From a virus (taxonomy: Duplodnaviria; Caudoviricetes), in the IMG/VR virus record IMGVR_UViG_3300002091_000055, positions 1-38,408 of that record: DNA of 38,408 bases, one strand, 5' to 3'. This document shows positions 15,002-24,221 of the stretch, one piece after another (position 1 is the first letter of the stretch; every line of letters starts with the position of its first letter). A model generated the notes under the pieces. It had not been told where the DNA came from. It did no database searches and was given only the letters and a program-made list of their open reading frames with translations. A program made the translations under genes and the position numbers.

Positions 15002-15717
15002 GCGACGACGACGGCTTTGTGAGTGTGGACGCTGACATCGAGCGCGACGGCTGGGGCCGACCCAAAATCCTCAACCCGTCCACGGGCAAGGTGCAGGCTT
15101 ACACGCGCATCTCCACCTTCGCTTCAACCTTGGACGATGGTGGCGAGCTGGCCACATGGAAATCCAAGCACGTCGCCCTCGGTTTGGCTGCACGCCGTGA
15201 GTTGGCCGACCTGATCGTGGGCATGGAATACACCGATCCTGGCTTGAACGAGGTCGTGGAGCGCGCCGTCGATGCTTCCCTGCTCAACATCAAGGCCGAC
15301 TATGGCACCGCGATCCACCGCGCCATCCAAGATGCCGGCCTTGTGGTTAGTGCCACTGAGCAGTTCGTGGTCAACCACGAGCTCGGAGTTGCCGGCACAC
15401 TAGATCACCTTTACATCGACGGACAAGGTCGCCAGCTCGTCGGCGATAAGGAGACGGGGTTTTTGCGCCCACTATCCACCGCCATCCAGTTGGCTTGTTA
15501 CGCCGGCGCCGAGCTTTACAACATCAAGACCGGCGAGACCACACCACTCGGCGCTGACAGATCCACCGCGATCCTGATCCACATCCCACGCGGCGAAGGT
15601 TCCACCAAAGTGTACAAAGTCAACATCGCCGCCGCTGGCCTGCTGTGCGAACTTGCGCGCGAAGTACGAGATGCACGTTCTTGCTCAAAGTTTTTGGTCA
15701 AGGAGTGGGGCGCATGA
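14998..15717 (+). CDS. PD-(D/E)XK exonuclease-like protein (actinophage RecE type), probably degenerate
   Basis: RDGWGRP, YTRISTF, LATWK, GTAIH, EQFVV, AGTLD, GDKETG, IQLACYA; GC-rich relative to flanks. Confidence 0.7.
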   Translation: MSDDDGFVSVDADIERDGWGRPKILNPSTGKVQAYTRISTFASTLDDGGELATWKSKHVALGLAARRELADLIVGMEYTDPGLNEVVERAVDASLLNIKADYGTAIHRAIQDAGLVVSATEQFVVNHELGVAGTLDHLYIDGQGRQLVGDKETGFLRPLSTAIQLACYAGAELYNIKTGETTPLGADRSTAILIHIPRGEGSTKVYKVNIAAAGLLCELAREVRDARSCSKFLVKEWGA

Positions 15718-15777
15718 GCCGGCTGCTGAAGTGCTCCGCGTGAAAACCGAACCACCTGGGCCAGTGATCACCGTTGA

Positions 15778-15893
15778 ACTTTATTTCGTAATTATTACTA
15801 GGAGTTTTAATGAGTGAACTTGTTTCATGTACTGCCTGTCACAAACCTGCTTCTGCCTGGTTTGTTAATTTCGATGGAGAGGAAATTCCCCTG
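15778..15893 (+). repeat. Direct repeat copy 2 (116 bp, intact)
   Basis: Matches 14859..14953. Confidence 0.95.
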
Positions 15894-15935
15894 TGCCTAG
15901 ATCATCAACCACCAAGCGGCCCAACACAGTCCTAG
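15810..15935 (+). CDS. 41-aa zinc-finger microprotein, not in ORF track
   Basis: AGGAG RBS; MSELVSCTACHKPASAWFVNFDGEEIPLCLDHQPPSGPTQS has CxxC...CxxH. Confidence 0.6.
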   Translation: MSELVSCTACHKPASAWFVNFDGEEIPLCLDHQPPSGPTQS

Positions 15936-16234
15936 TTTCCCCATACACCTGGCAAATCAAATGGTCTAAAGCTGCTGTTCTAAGCTTTCATCCCAATGGG
16001 GATGCTTGTGGTTCTTGTGATCTTTCCTCAATGACGATCGCTGTTGACCCTGGAAAGTCTGAGGATTACGCACGAGTAACTTTGTTGCACGAAATCTTGC
16101 ACGCAGCCATCCGATCCTCTGACCCGAACATTGAGTCTGAGGCCGAGGAAATGGCTGTTGCTTCCATGACTGGCCCTTTGCTGGCCACAATTCGGAACAA
16201 CCCCGAAGTCATGGCCTACCTTATGGCAAAATGA
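15893..16234 (+). CDS. Small HExxH metallopeptidase-like protein
   Basis: TLLHEILHA...EAEE; GGAGAGG RBS. Confidence 0.75.
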   Translation: MPRSSTTKRPNTVLVSPYTWQIKWSKAAVLSFHPNGDACGSCDLSSMTIAVDPGKSEDYARVTLLHEILHAAIRSSDPNIESEAEEMAVASMTGPLLATIRNNPEVMAYLMAK

Positions 16235-16276
16235 GGATACCCTCTCAGAAGCCTGAGGATGCCCTGTAACGAAAGA

Positions 16277-16316
16277 AACCCCCCTGCCTAGTGGATTACA
16301 CCAGACAAGGGGGTTC
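16277..16316. terminator. Hairpin between convergent genes, probable terminator
   Basis: AACCCCCCTGCCTAGTG/CACCAGACAAGGGGGTT imperfect stem. Confidence 0.55.
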
Positions 16317-16332
16317 AGGCTTTCTAACGGGC

Positions 16333-16977
16333 TTACAGCCCCATACGATCCCATTCACGGGCCGACACACGACCAGTCATGGGAATCAAACGTTTAAGTT
16401 GCCACAACTTAACCTTCTTCTCAGTGGCCTGACCAAAGATACCATCAGACAACACACCCAAAAAAGTTTGAATCTTACGCACATCAGAACGATCCTCACT
16501 ATTTCGAGAACCATTATGAACCGTTTGCGTAACACCCCTACCAAAAGCATGGGTGCGTGGCAACGGGAACGTGGACTTCCTCACAGGCTTAGTGGCACCA
16601 GTGAACCAAGGAGTCGTGTCCTGTTCAGCTTTCGCAGACTGCAAAATAGAAACATGAAGATGTTCCGTGTGAGGACTGATACCCGAATAAGGTTCAGCCT
16701 TCCACCCACCAGAGCGTGAATAAATCTTGCGATTAAAAATCACATAGTTCGCTGACGGGTGCTTAGACACAGCCTTAATGATCACATTAGGGTTCACACC
16801 AGGATAAGTAATATCAATAGCGTTCACCGAATTACGAATATTCGGGTTATGATCACTAACCCTAGCGGCATGGGCAGTATCACCAATGGTTCCATCGGAA
16901 CCCTTAGGACGGTTAGGCCACTTACGGTTAACTTCATTACGAAACTGAACAAGGGAAGGTGCAAGATGCCAAACCAT
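16333..16977 (-). CDS. Endolysin (zinc peptidase-like domain plus peptidoglycan-binding domain)
   Basis: SDGTIGDTAH...SDHNP...AIDIT...HTEHLHVS; C-terminal DVRKIQ...DGIFGQATEKKVKLWQ. Confidence 0.85.
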   Translation of the reverse strand: MVWHLAPSLVQFRNEVNRKWPNRPKGSDGTIGDTAHAARVSDHNPNIRNSVNAIDITYPGVNPNVIIKAVSKHPSANYVIFNRKIYSRSGGWKAEPYSGISPHTEHLHVSILQSAKAEQDTTPWFTGATKPVRKSTFPLPRTHAFGRGVTQTVHNGSRNSEDRSDVRKIQTFLGVLSDGIFGQATEKKVKLWQLKRLIPMTGRVSAREWDRMGL

Positions 16978-16980
16978 AAA

Positions 16981-17220
16981 TTATCCTTGGGTAGGTGCAT
17001 CCACCTGCGTGGTGTCAGCAACAGCGGGGGTGGAACCCAAACCAAACGAAGTGTTGTTCGGGTCAAGGTAGGCAACAACTGTACGAATAGTTGTCAAAGC
17101 TGCAGCAATAAGTGCTGACTGCAACCAACCAAAATCGCGGGAAGCCAAAGCACTCAAAGGAATAAGCGCAATGAAAGCGGTAACAAAAGTTGTTCCAGCC
17201 GAACGGACAATCTGATTCAT
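16981..17220 (-). CDS. Holin
   Basis: 79 aa, two TM helices, YLDPNNTSFG tail, adjacent to the endolysin. Confidence 0.75.
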   Translation of the reverse strand: MNQIVRSAGTTFVTAFIALIPLSALASRDFGWLQSALIAAALTTIRTVVAYLDPNNTSFGLGSTPAVADTTQVDAPTQG

Positions 17221-17807
17221 TCTGTACCCTTATCTTTAATTAGGTTATCGATTTGCATTTTCACAGTTAGTTGACGCAACTCAATGCGCTCCACCTGCTC
17301 AATGACATTCTCAAACTTATCACACAAGTCCTGCAAAATTTGGGCGTGACGTTTCTCATTCTCAATGTGAAGAATGTCAGCCTCAACCCCATCCTTCCAA
17401 GCTTTATAAATCTTTCCAGCCCCCAAACCAATGGTGATCAAACCAACAAACAACGAAATAATAAACGCTGTGCCATTAGTAAGGTTCTCACTGCTGGCCA
17501 AAGCCACAAACAAAGGTGACCCACTAACCACCGAACCAAGCATTGCTGCTGTCAAGGTCGCTTCACCCCTATCAACCGATACACCCTTGACGTTTCTCAA
17601 CCTGTGATAAGTCAACTCCGTTAACCAACCATTAGGCACAAGACCCGCAACGTGCTGAAACCCCCGCAACCTTTGCTCCAAAGGCTCATCAAACAAATCA
17701 CTATCAGGCAAAGCCAACAACCGTCGAACCTCACGAACATCCTCAGAACGCTCACCAGCAACCGCCAAAATACCAACGGCACGCTGAACATCCTTAGGCA
17801 CGCTCAT
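17217..17807 (-). CDS. Lysis-cassette membrane protein with N-terminal peptidoglycan-binding-like domain
   Basis: GERSEDVREVRRLL...FDEPLEQRLRGFQHVAGLVPNG; TM segment(s); coiled-coil tail. Confidence 0.65.
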   Translation of the reverse strand: MSVPKDVQRAVGILAVAGERSEDVREVRRLLALPDSDLFDEPLEQRLRGFQHVAGLVPNGWLTELTYHRLRNVKGVSVDRGEATLTAAMLGSVVSGSPLFVALASSENLTNGTAFIISLFVGLITIGLGAGKIYKAWKDGVEADILHIENEKRHAQILQDLCDKFENVIEQVERIELRQLTVKMQIDNLIKDKGTE

Positions 17808-19705
17808 ACCGATTGAACCGTAACCTCAATGATGCCACCAAAATTATCAAACCCAGACTGGCCATTGCCCTGTTCCTGGGTGAAAGCAACATCTTGAACA
17901 GTGATCGGAAGCCGTTCACCCGTACGCAAATCCTGATACACCAAAACAGAACCATCAACACAAGCAGACTGCAAAGCAACCAAACGGTCATAAGCGTAAC
18001 CATCATAGCCACGAGCTGCACCAGCCCGATCAGTTTCATGATCGAAACACATCAAAGGAATCTTCAACAACAAAAGCCTAGGGGAACCTGGCATCGCTTT
18101 CATCTGCCAACCAGTAATAACAGGTGTTTGGGAAGCTGTTCCCCTAGTTAAAGTAAACTTCAAACCAAGGGATTCACGCAACAATTCAGTTGGGTAAGTG
18201 ATAGCAATATCCTGATTGATGTCCACATTAGAATCATAAGTAAACATTGGTACACCTTGCTGGCCGTACTGAACTGAACCAACATTGACCGAACCATAAC
18301 TAACATCACCACGAATACGGAACGACCTGAAATTCTTTTGCTCAAGGGTACCGTAACGAACTTGACCCGTTGTTAAATAACCTGTGGTCACATAGTCCGT
18401 GGCAGACTCAGTATAAAGATTAGTGTTAGTGAAAACAATTTGATTACCATAGGTGGCAACCGAATTCACCCTGCCAGTGGTACCAGAATCCAAGTCGTTA
18501 GCCCAAGCGTAACGACCATTACCATCGCTTGATGAAAGATCGAAACGAATCAAACCAGCATTACCATCAAGTTCGTTACCAACACCAACAAAAACAAAAC
18601 GGTCTTTACCAGAAAAACCAGTGATACTTGTTGTGGTGGTGCTAACAAAAGACAACGGGCCGTACGCAAGGTTGCCACTGTTATCAACCTCAGCAATACG
18701 AACACCCTTATTGGTGCCGATCACAACATAAGAACCAAGGTAAGAAAACATACCAGTAACAATCTCACCATAAGGAAGTTCAGCAGCAACAGAAGCTTGA
18801 CTTAACGTTGGAAGGTCACCATCGTCCTGCAAAATAAGTTTGTAAATGGCTGACCTGTTACCTGCGTAACCCGCTGCAAGGATCGCACCAGGTGTATCAA
18901 CACAAGAAACCCATTCCCATGTTGTTATTGGGTGGATGTAATGCCAAGGAATTGCAGTAAAGGTTGTTGAACTGGTGGTAAAAGGTGTTGCGTAAAGGTC
19001 ATGGGATGAACCAACCATGATGCGTTGCTTAACCCACCACGTTTTAGTGTTAGGTTGGTTGGCTGCATTGTTTAGAATAACTGTTGGTGTGCCAGTGAAT
19101 GGTGCATCCAAATATTCAACGTAACCAGTTGTTCCCGTATAGGTTGAAGCAATGATCTTGTCACCAAGGGAAGTAACCCAACCAGTAGGTGTGTGGTTCC
19201 AACCCGTGATGGTGCCACTTGCTGCACCGTTACGGTACACATAACCAGCATCACCAGAAATAATGTAGTTATCTGTACCCGATGAAGCTGTGCAAACAGT
19301 CGAAGAAGAACTTGTTAACGTTCGGGTCGAACTTGTTTTCTTCAACAAAGTTAGTTTGCCACGAGTCCAACAATCAACACCGTTTGATGAAGCAAACCGT
19401 TTCATTTGGAAATCATCGTTTGATGGTTCCATAAAAGTGATACCTGCACCACCAGTAAAATCTTGTTGGGATCTTAACCAGTAACCGTTCAAAGATTGTT
19501 CACCAGGATTGTTACTGGTGTCGTATTGTTGTTTGCGAATGTCGCTAAGGCCACGTCGGTAAGGGTTGTTTCTTGAAATGGCGTTAAGGAACGCTGATTC
19601 ACCGATGGCAAAATCGTAACCAAAGTTGTTTGCTTGGTATGCTGCTACAGCAGCTTCAACACCAAGGTGAAATACTGGTTCGTCTGTTACGTCAAAAGTT
19701 GCCAT
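17804..19705 (-). CDS. Tail structural protein (beta-rich, nozzle/tubular-B-like)
   Basis: 633 aa beta-propeller-like composition, at the end of the tail module. Confidence 0.6.
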   Translation of the reverse strand: MATFDVTDEPVFHLGVEAAVAAYQANNFGYDFAIGESAFLNAISRNNPYRRGLSDIRKQQYDTSNNPGEQSLNGYWLRSQQDFTGGAGITFMEPSNDDFQMKRFASSNGVDCWTRGKLTLLKKTSSTRTLTSSSSTVCTASSGTDNYIISGDAGYVYRNGAASGTITGWNHTPTGWVTSLGDKIIASTYTGTTGYVEYLDAPFTGTPTVILNNAANQPNTKTWWVKQRIMVGSSHDLYATPFTTSSTTFTAIPWHYIHPITTWEWVSCVDTPGAILAAGYAGNRSAIYKLILQDDGDLPTLSQASVAAELPYGEIVTGMFSYLGSYVVIGTNKGVRIAEVDNSGNLAYGPLSFVSTTTTSITGFSGKDRFVFVGVGNELDGNAGLIRFDLSSSDGNGRYAWANDLDSGTTGRVNSVATYGNQIVFTNTNLYTESATDYVTTGYLTTGQVRYGTLEQKNFRSFRIRGDVSYGSVNVGSVQYGQQGVPMFTYDSNVDINQDIAITYPTELLRESLGLKFTLTRGTASQTPVITGWQMKAMPGSPRLLLLKIPLMCFDHETDRAGAARGYDGYAYDRLVALQSACVDGSVLVYQDLRTGERLPITVQDVAFTQEQGNGQSGFDNFGGIIEVTVQSV

Positions 19706-20688
19706 TATGCAACCTCGTAAGTACCGCTACAAATAAAAGTGTACGCCAAAGCAGAAGTGTAACCGAGAGGGTATTGATCTCCTTCAACATTTGGTATTGC
19801 CCTACCGGTTGTATTGATTTGTAGGGAACCATAATGTTTGTTTCCAGAAACATCTGTTGCATCATAGATTCCAACAGATGAATAAGATGGGGTAACTGGT
19901 AAAGAAAAATATGCTGTAGTTGATGTGGTGTTCCAACTACTAAGAGTCATTCTAAAATGGATCACATCACCAATGCGAACATACCTACCAACAGCAGTCG
20001 GTGTACCACCAATACCGGTAAGTGTTGGTGTCCAAGAAGTCCAAGCCGTTTGGGCAACCGCTGAATAAGGAATAGCACTAAAAGTGTTAGAAGAACCACT
20101 AATGGTTTTGTTAGTCAAAGTCTGGGTATCACTGATTGTTGCTGCTTGCACCCCACCCTGCTGAAGGGTAGTTGGGTTAACAGTTCCACCAGTAATAGTT
20201 TTGTTAGTCAAAGTCTGGGTATCAGTTGTGCCAACCGCTGCACCAGACAAACCAAGATTTGTACCAGACAAACCGGTAATTGTGTTTGCTGAACCACTGA
20301 TAGTTTTATTGGTCAAAGTTTGAGTGTCTGTTGTACCAACTACAGAACCAGCAACACCATGCACAGCAGTAGAAGCAGCAAAGTGAGCTGAACCATCCTC
20401 AAAATCTTGGGCATAAACACCATGACGGATCGTTTCACCAGTCGAATGCGCCTGCGCCGAAGTACCACCAACACCACGAGTAATAGTTAAAGTAGTACCA
20501 GCAGCAGCAGTAACCGTAACCAGTTCCTCAACCGCAGTATCCTCACCAATGATTGCAGTGTAAGGAAACGAAGAAGGCCAACCAGTAACAGTACTAACAA
20601 CAACAGACGTTGCACTGTTAGTAATGCTTGCTGACAATGTTGCTGCAACAGCAGTGGAAGAATAGTAACGACGGGTTGGTGTCGGCAT
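19705..20688 (-). CDS. Tail fibre protein
   Basis: Thr/Ser-rich, three DTQTLTNKTI repeats, C-terminal WTSWTPTL...GRYVRIGD receptor-binding-like domain. Confidence 0.75.
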   Translation of the reverse strand: MPTPTRRYYSSTAVAATLSASITNSATSVVVSTVTGWPSSFPYTAIIGEDTAVEELVTVTAAAGTTLTITRGVGGTSAQAHSTGETIRHGVYAQDFEDGSAHFAASTAVHGVAGSVVGTTDTQTLTNKTISGSANTITGLSGTNLGLSGAAVGTTDTQTLTNKTITGGTVNPTTLQQGGVQAATISDTQTLTNKTISGSSNTFSAIPYSAVAQTAWTSWTPTLTGIGGTPTAVGRYVRIGDVIHFRMTLSSWNTTSTTAYFSLPVTPSYSSVGIYDATDVSGNKHYGSLQINTTGRAIPNVEGDQYPLGYTSALAYTFICSGTYEVA

Positions 20689-20696
20689 TTACATCA

Positions 20697-21623
20697 TCAC
20701 CTTTGGAAATTGATAACAGGTTGGGTGTTGCGGAGAAGCAGATCGCGTTCATTTTCAAGACGTGCCTGGTGGAAAGCGTAAAGTTCTTTAGCGATAGCAC
20801 TTGCTGATTGTCTCCAGTTAGAACCGTAACCATCAGCAAGAACATTAGAAGAAACACCAGTCTGGTTGTTTCGACCACCCTCAATAGCCCAAGCTAAACG
20901 TGCAGCGGCACCGTAAGTGACCACATCAAAACAAGATTCTGGTAACGTTGTTTCACTGAAAGGGTTTGAACCGTCAGCATCAATGGGGAACGGTTGTGGA
21001 CTGGTTGTGTAAACAACGTTCACATCAACACCGTTACGGATCGGGTCAAAGATTTCAACTGAGTGACCTGAAGGGAAATAGGTTAAGTTAGATTGAACAC
21101 TGTAACGCCAACGGCGAACAGGGATCCAAGCTTCAGTAGTGTTCTCCGTATTCCAAGCCAAAGAAATAATGTCAAGGATTTCACCAAACTCTGGGAGCGG
21201 AAGTTCGTAAGCAACCTGACCAGAATTGAATTCAATGGTGTTATTTGAAACACCAAACAAGTCACCACTGACAGCATTAATTGTTTCATTGATTGCCTGT
21301 CGAACACGGTAACGTGGGAGCAAAGGATTCATTTTGACAGGGACAAGGTTCGCAACATGGGCTGCTGCTGTGGTACCACGGTAACCCCTACCGAAAGGTG
21401 CAATGGTAACAGTTTTAGAAATTGTATCCACCGAATCAACCCACAACAACTCATCTTCAATCTCAATGATTCCACGACGCAAACCCTCAACTGAACCAAG
21501 TTGCAAACTGGTTGAAGTTGAAGTGATATCAGTCGTCAAATAAGTTAGTTGCTCATCTTGACCAGTGTGACCGTGAAGCAAAGCCTGAGTGGCCTCAATC
21601 ACATCATCCAACGTGTATGCCAT
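20697..21623 (-). CDS. Head-tail adaptor / tail tubular A-like structural protein
   Basis: 308 aa; helical termini with beta core, YGAAARL motif; position in module. Confidence 0.55.
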   Translation of the reverse strand: MAYTLDDVIEATQALLHGHTGQDEQLTYLTTDITSTSTSLQLGSVEGLRRGIIEIEDELLWVDSVDTISKTVTIAPFGRGYRGTTAAAHVANLVPVKMNPLLPRYRVRQAINETINAVSGDLFGVSNNTIEFNSGQVAYELPLPEFGEILDIISLAWNTENTTEAWIPVRRWRYSVQSNLTYFPSGHSVEIFDPIRNGVDVNVVYTTSPQPFPIDADGSNPFSETTLPESCFDVVTYGAAARLAWAIEGGRNNQTGVSSNVLADGYGSNWRQSASAIAKELYAFHQARLENERDLLLRNTQPVINFQR

Positions 21624-21887
21624 TTATACTCCCTGAAATGCTGAACCAGTGGAATCACTAATTCGACGAGCTTGCTCAACCTGTGCCATGCGGGTACCAG
21701 CAGGTTGGATACCCTCAGCACGCGCAGACTTGTAAGCATCAAGTTCACGATCAACCTTTTTTTGTGCCGTGTAATCCTGGTTGTTTGCTGAATTGGCGTA
21801 AGCAACACGAATGTTTGCATCCTGTGCGCACTCAATCCAAGAGTTGTGGTCTTTTGTTTTACAACCTGACCGGCAATCCTTACCCAT
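21624..21887 (-). CDS. Small hypothetical protein with Cys/His cluster
   Basis: CRSGCKTKDHNSWIEC...ELDAYKSARAEGIQP. Confidence 0.7.
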   Translation of the reverse strand: MGKDCRSGCKTKDHNSWIECAQDANIRVAYANSANNQDYTAQKKVDRELDAYKSARAEGIQPAGTRMAQVEQARRISDSTGSAFQGV

Positions 21888-21889
21888 TA

Positions 21890-23368
21890 TTAAATGATCC
21901 TTGTCTCAACTGTGTAACCGGCTGCCTCAAGTTCGGTTTTCTGTGAAGCAGTAACCCTGTTTTCGTGACCGCCATATAGGACAACGGTGCAACTATCCAA
22001 ATAACTTTTACGCCTGTTCTGTACTGTTAACCAAACACCATCTTTTTTAACCACAGTTTTGGCCAACCTGTACCCAACGATTTCTGCATAAGGATCGTAA
22101 CTTAGTGGTGCTATTTCCCTGATCGGGCTGAGCAGGTAGTACGCGGTAATTCCAAGTGTTGCTGAACCTGTTGCTGTTACAACATCTGATGCGGTAATTG
22201 TTGTCAACGTTGTTGCTGTCAAGTTAGCGTAACCAAGGGCGTTGACATTACCTGATGCTGAAGTTGTGTACTTGTATTTGATTGTTGCTTCAGCCGTTCC
22301 AGTTCCAGTAACGGTTCCTGTGGTTTGTAATCTTTTGGTGTGTGTCATTGTTACTGAAACGTTTGGTGAAACAGTTGCACGATTAACAAAAATTGTTTTG
22401 TTTGAAACAGATGTTTGTGTTGTGTCCGCTGTACCAGTACCGGTAATCGTTGAGGTCGCGTCGATGCTGACCGTCTTAGTTCCGGCAGCTGTACCGTTCG
22501 CAGTAATGCTTGAGGACGCGGTGCTGTTCGCGGTGTAAGTGACCGCACCCGTACCGGTTGCGGTTTCGGTTCCCGTCGCTGAGACTGTCAGGGACTTGGT
22601 TAGGGAAGCGGTACCACTTGCTGTTGCGGTACCTGTTGCGGACGCGGTGTAAGCGGTGCCTGAGGATGCGGCCTTGAACGCGAGTGAGGCTGAATAGAAA
22701 TCGTCTGTTGGTGCTTGACGGTAACCATAATAACTTGCTACACCACTAGTGTCGTCATAACCAGTAAAATAAGAATCCCAAGATGTGCCACCTGGAGTGG
22801 TAGTGCTTAACGCTTTGTATTGTGTTTGGACTGCGTAATCATCCACATACCAGTAACTGAAAACGCCATAAAAATCGTAAGGGCCATCGTAACTATGTTT
22901 TTGCGCCGATGTTCCAGCGGTGAACCCTGCAGTGGTTGCCGGTGTCGCATCCGTTTCTTGTTCGTTGCCATCAACCCATGCACTAACCGTATGGTTAATT
23001 CCAACTACAACGAGTTCATCCGTTGAACTTGACAACGCTGAACCACCATTAGGGGCAGGAGCAACACTTGAAGCACTATCCCATGTTCCTGATGTGTAAT
23101 CCTCAGTCACCCCAGAATCAAAAACTAGCCCCGTACCCCAGAACGCATTACCAAAGTTATCGGTTGAGGTTCCATTAGCTGTGCGCGTAAACAGTTTGAA
23201 GTTGGATCCGGTGCGGGCCAACGTCCAACCCGTTGGGGCTGAAACGGAACCAAGGTTAGTATTCGCAACAACGAACAAAGCCTTGCCACTGGCCACGCTG
23301 TACCACGTGTTGAATAGAAGCGACGAATCAGCAATGTTGTAAACAGCATTCGGGGTAGGTGCAGCCAT
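21890..23368 (-). CDS. Thr/Ala-rich virion fibre or decoration protein
   Basis: 492 aa with repeated TASxTxTATGTA units and a distinct N-terminal domain. Confidence 0.65.
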   Translation of the reverse strand: MAAPTPNAVYNIADSSLLFNTWYSVASGKALFVVANTNLGSVSAPTGWTLARTGSNFKLFTRTANGTSTDNFGNAFWGTGLVFDSGVTEDYTSGTWDSASSVAPAPNGGSALSSSTDELVVVGINHTVSAWVDGNEQETDATPATTAGFTAGTSAQKHSYDGPYDFYGVFSYWYVDDYAVQTQYKALSTTTPGGTSWDSYFTGYDDTSGVASYYGYRQAPTDDFYSASLAFKAASSGTAYTASATGTATASGTASLTKSLTVSATGTETATGTGAVTYTANSTASSSITANGTAAGTKTVSIDATSTITGTGTADTTQTSVSNKTIFVNRATVSPNVSVTMTHTKRLQTTGTVTGTGTAEATIKYKYTTSASGNVNALGYANLTATTLTTITASDVVTATGSATLGITAYYLLSPIREIAPLSYDPYAEIVGYRLAKTVVKKDGVWLTVQNRRKSYLDSCTVVLYGGHENRVTASQKTELEAAGYTVETRII

Positions 23369-23383
23369 CAGTTCCTACCCTTC

Positions 23384-23605
23384 CTACGGTTGTTGTTGTG
23401 CAGCGCGAGCCGCTTGCAAATCCTTGATCTTCACCATTAGGTCAGCAAAGAACTCAGCCGGACGTGGTGCATCAGGGACAACGCCAGCAAAATAATCCTC
23501 GGCAGCAATCAACGCCAGTGACGCATGAGCGTCTGCGTCAGTGTCACCGGCATTAGTCAGCGCGACCTTCACAGCCTCAAAAGCCTCACCGAAGTTCGCC
23601 GCCAT
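23384..23605 (-). CDS. Hypothetical protein
   Basis: 73 aa ORF within the operon. Confidence 0.65.
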   Translation of the reverse strand: MAANFGEAFEAVKVALTNAGDTDADAHASLALIAAEDYFAGVVPDAPRPAEFFADLMVKIKDLQAARAAQQQP

Positions 23606-23607
23606 AA

Positions 23608-24012
23608 CTACGCTGCAATAGGTGTAAGAGCCAGCGTCAACGATGTCAGCTGGAGCGAGTCACCATTGCCAACAGTCTTGGGACTGGCCAAAGCAATAGA
23701 CCACAAGAAGTTACCACTAGTGGCACCCCAAAGACTAATGTGCGTAATATTTTCAGTAGTTGAACCACTGAGAGTAATAGACCAAGCAGTAGGTGAAGCA
23801 GTGATAGACATTGAACCACCCGAAGGAGCGGTGCCAAAAGTTAAAGTTTGCTTAGTTGCATTACCTGTAGAAACAGCAGTAGTACCAGCAGAACCCGGAT
23901 CAGCAGTATGAATCTGAACCTTCATGTTTTCGGCAGTAAAAGTGGTACCAGTTTGGCCAAGCACAGCCAAAAGTTTGTTGGCGACATTAGCCGCACTAAG
24001 ACCAACAGCCAT
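23608..24012 (-). CDS. Small virion structural protein
   Basis: VQIHTADPGSAGT...ITHISLWGATSGNFLWS...KTVGNGDSL, a pattern common in phage minor structural proteins. Confidence 0.7.
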   Translation of the reverse strand: MAVGLSAANVANKLLAVLGQTGTTFTAENMKVQIHTADPGSAGTTAVSTGNATKQTLTFGTAPSGGSMSITASPTAWSITLSGSTTENITHISLWGATSGNFLWSIALASPKTVGNGDSLQLTSLTLALTPIAA

Positions 24013-24113
24013 TACGATTCCTCATTTTCAGTAGATAGTGCAGCGGGAATAACTTCCATAGTTGCCTCAGCAATAATAGAAGCAATAACTTGCATTTCAT
24101 TCGGATCAGACAT
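24012..24113 (-). CDS. 33-aa acidic peptide, not in ORF track
   Basis: GAAAGGAA RBS; MSDPNEMQVIASIIAEATMEVIPAALSTENEES; TAATG overlap. Confidence 0.55.
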   Translation of the reverse strand: MSDPNEMQVIASIIAEATMEVIPAALSTENEES

Positions 24114-24221
24114 TGAAACAAATTCCTTTCAAAACGATTCCTTGGGAACCGTCCAATGCCCCCCACCCACAATATGATGAGGAACAAAGGACAACCACCA
24201 AAAGATGATTGTTAAAACAAA

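Noticed and set aside
14859-15893. Diversity-generating retroelement TR/VR pair or IS element
   Set aside because: No reverse transcriptase or transposase, only two substitutions (not adenine-specific) and no terminal inverted repeats
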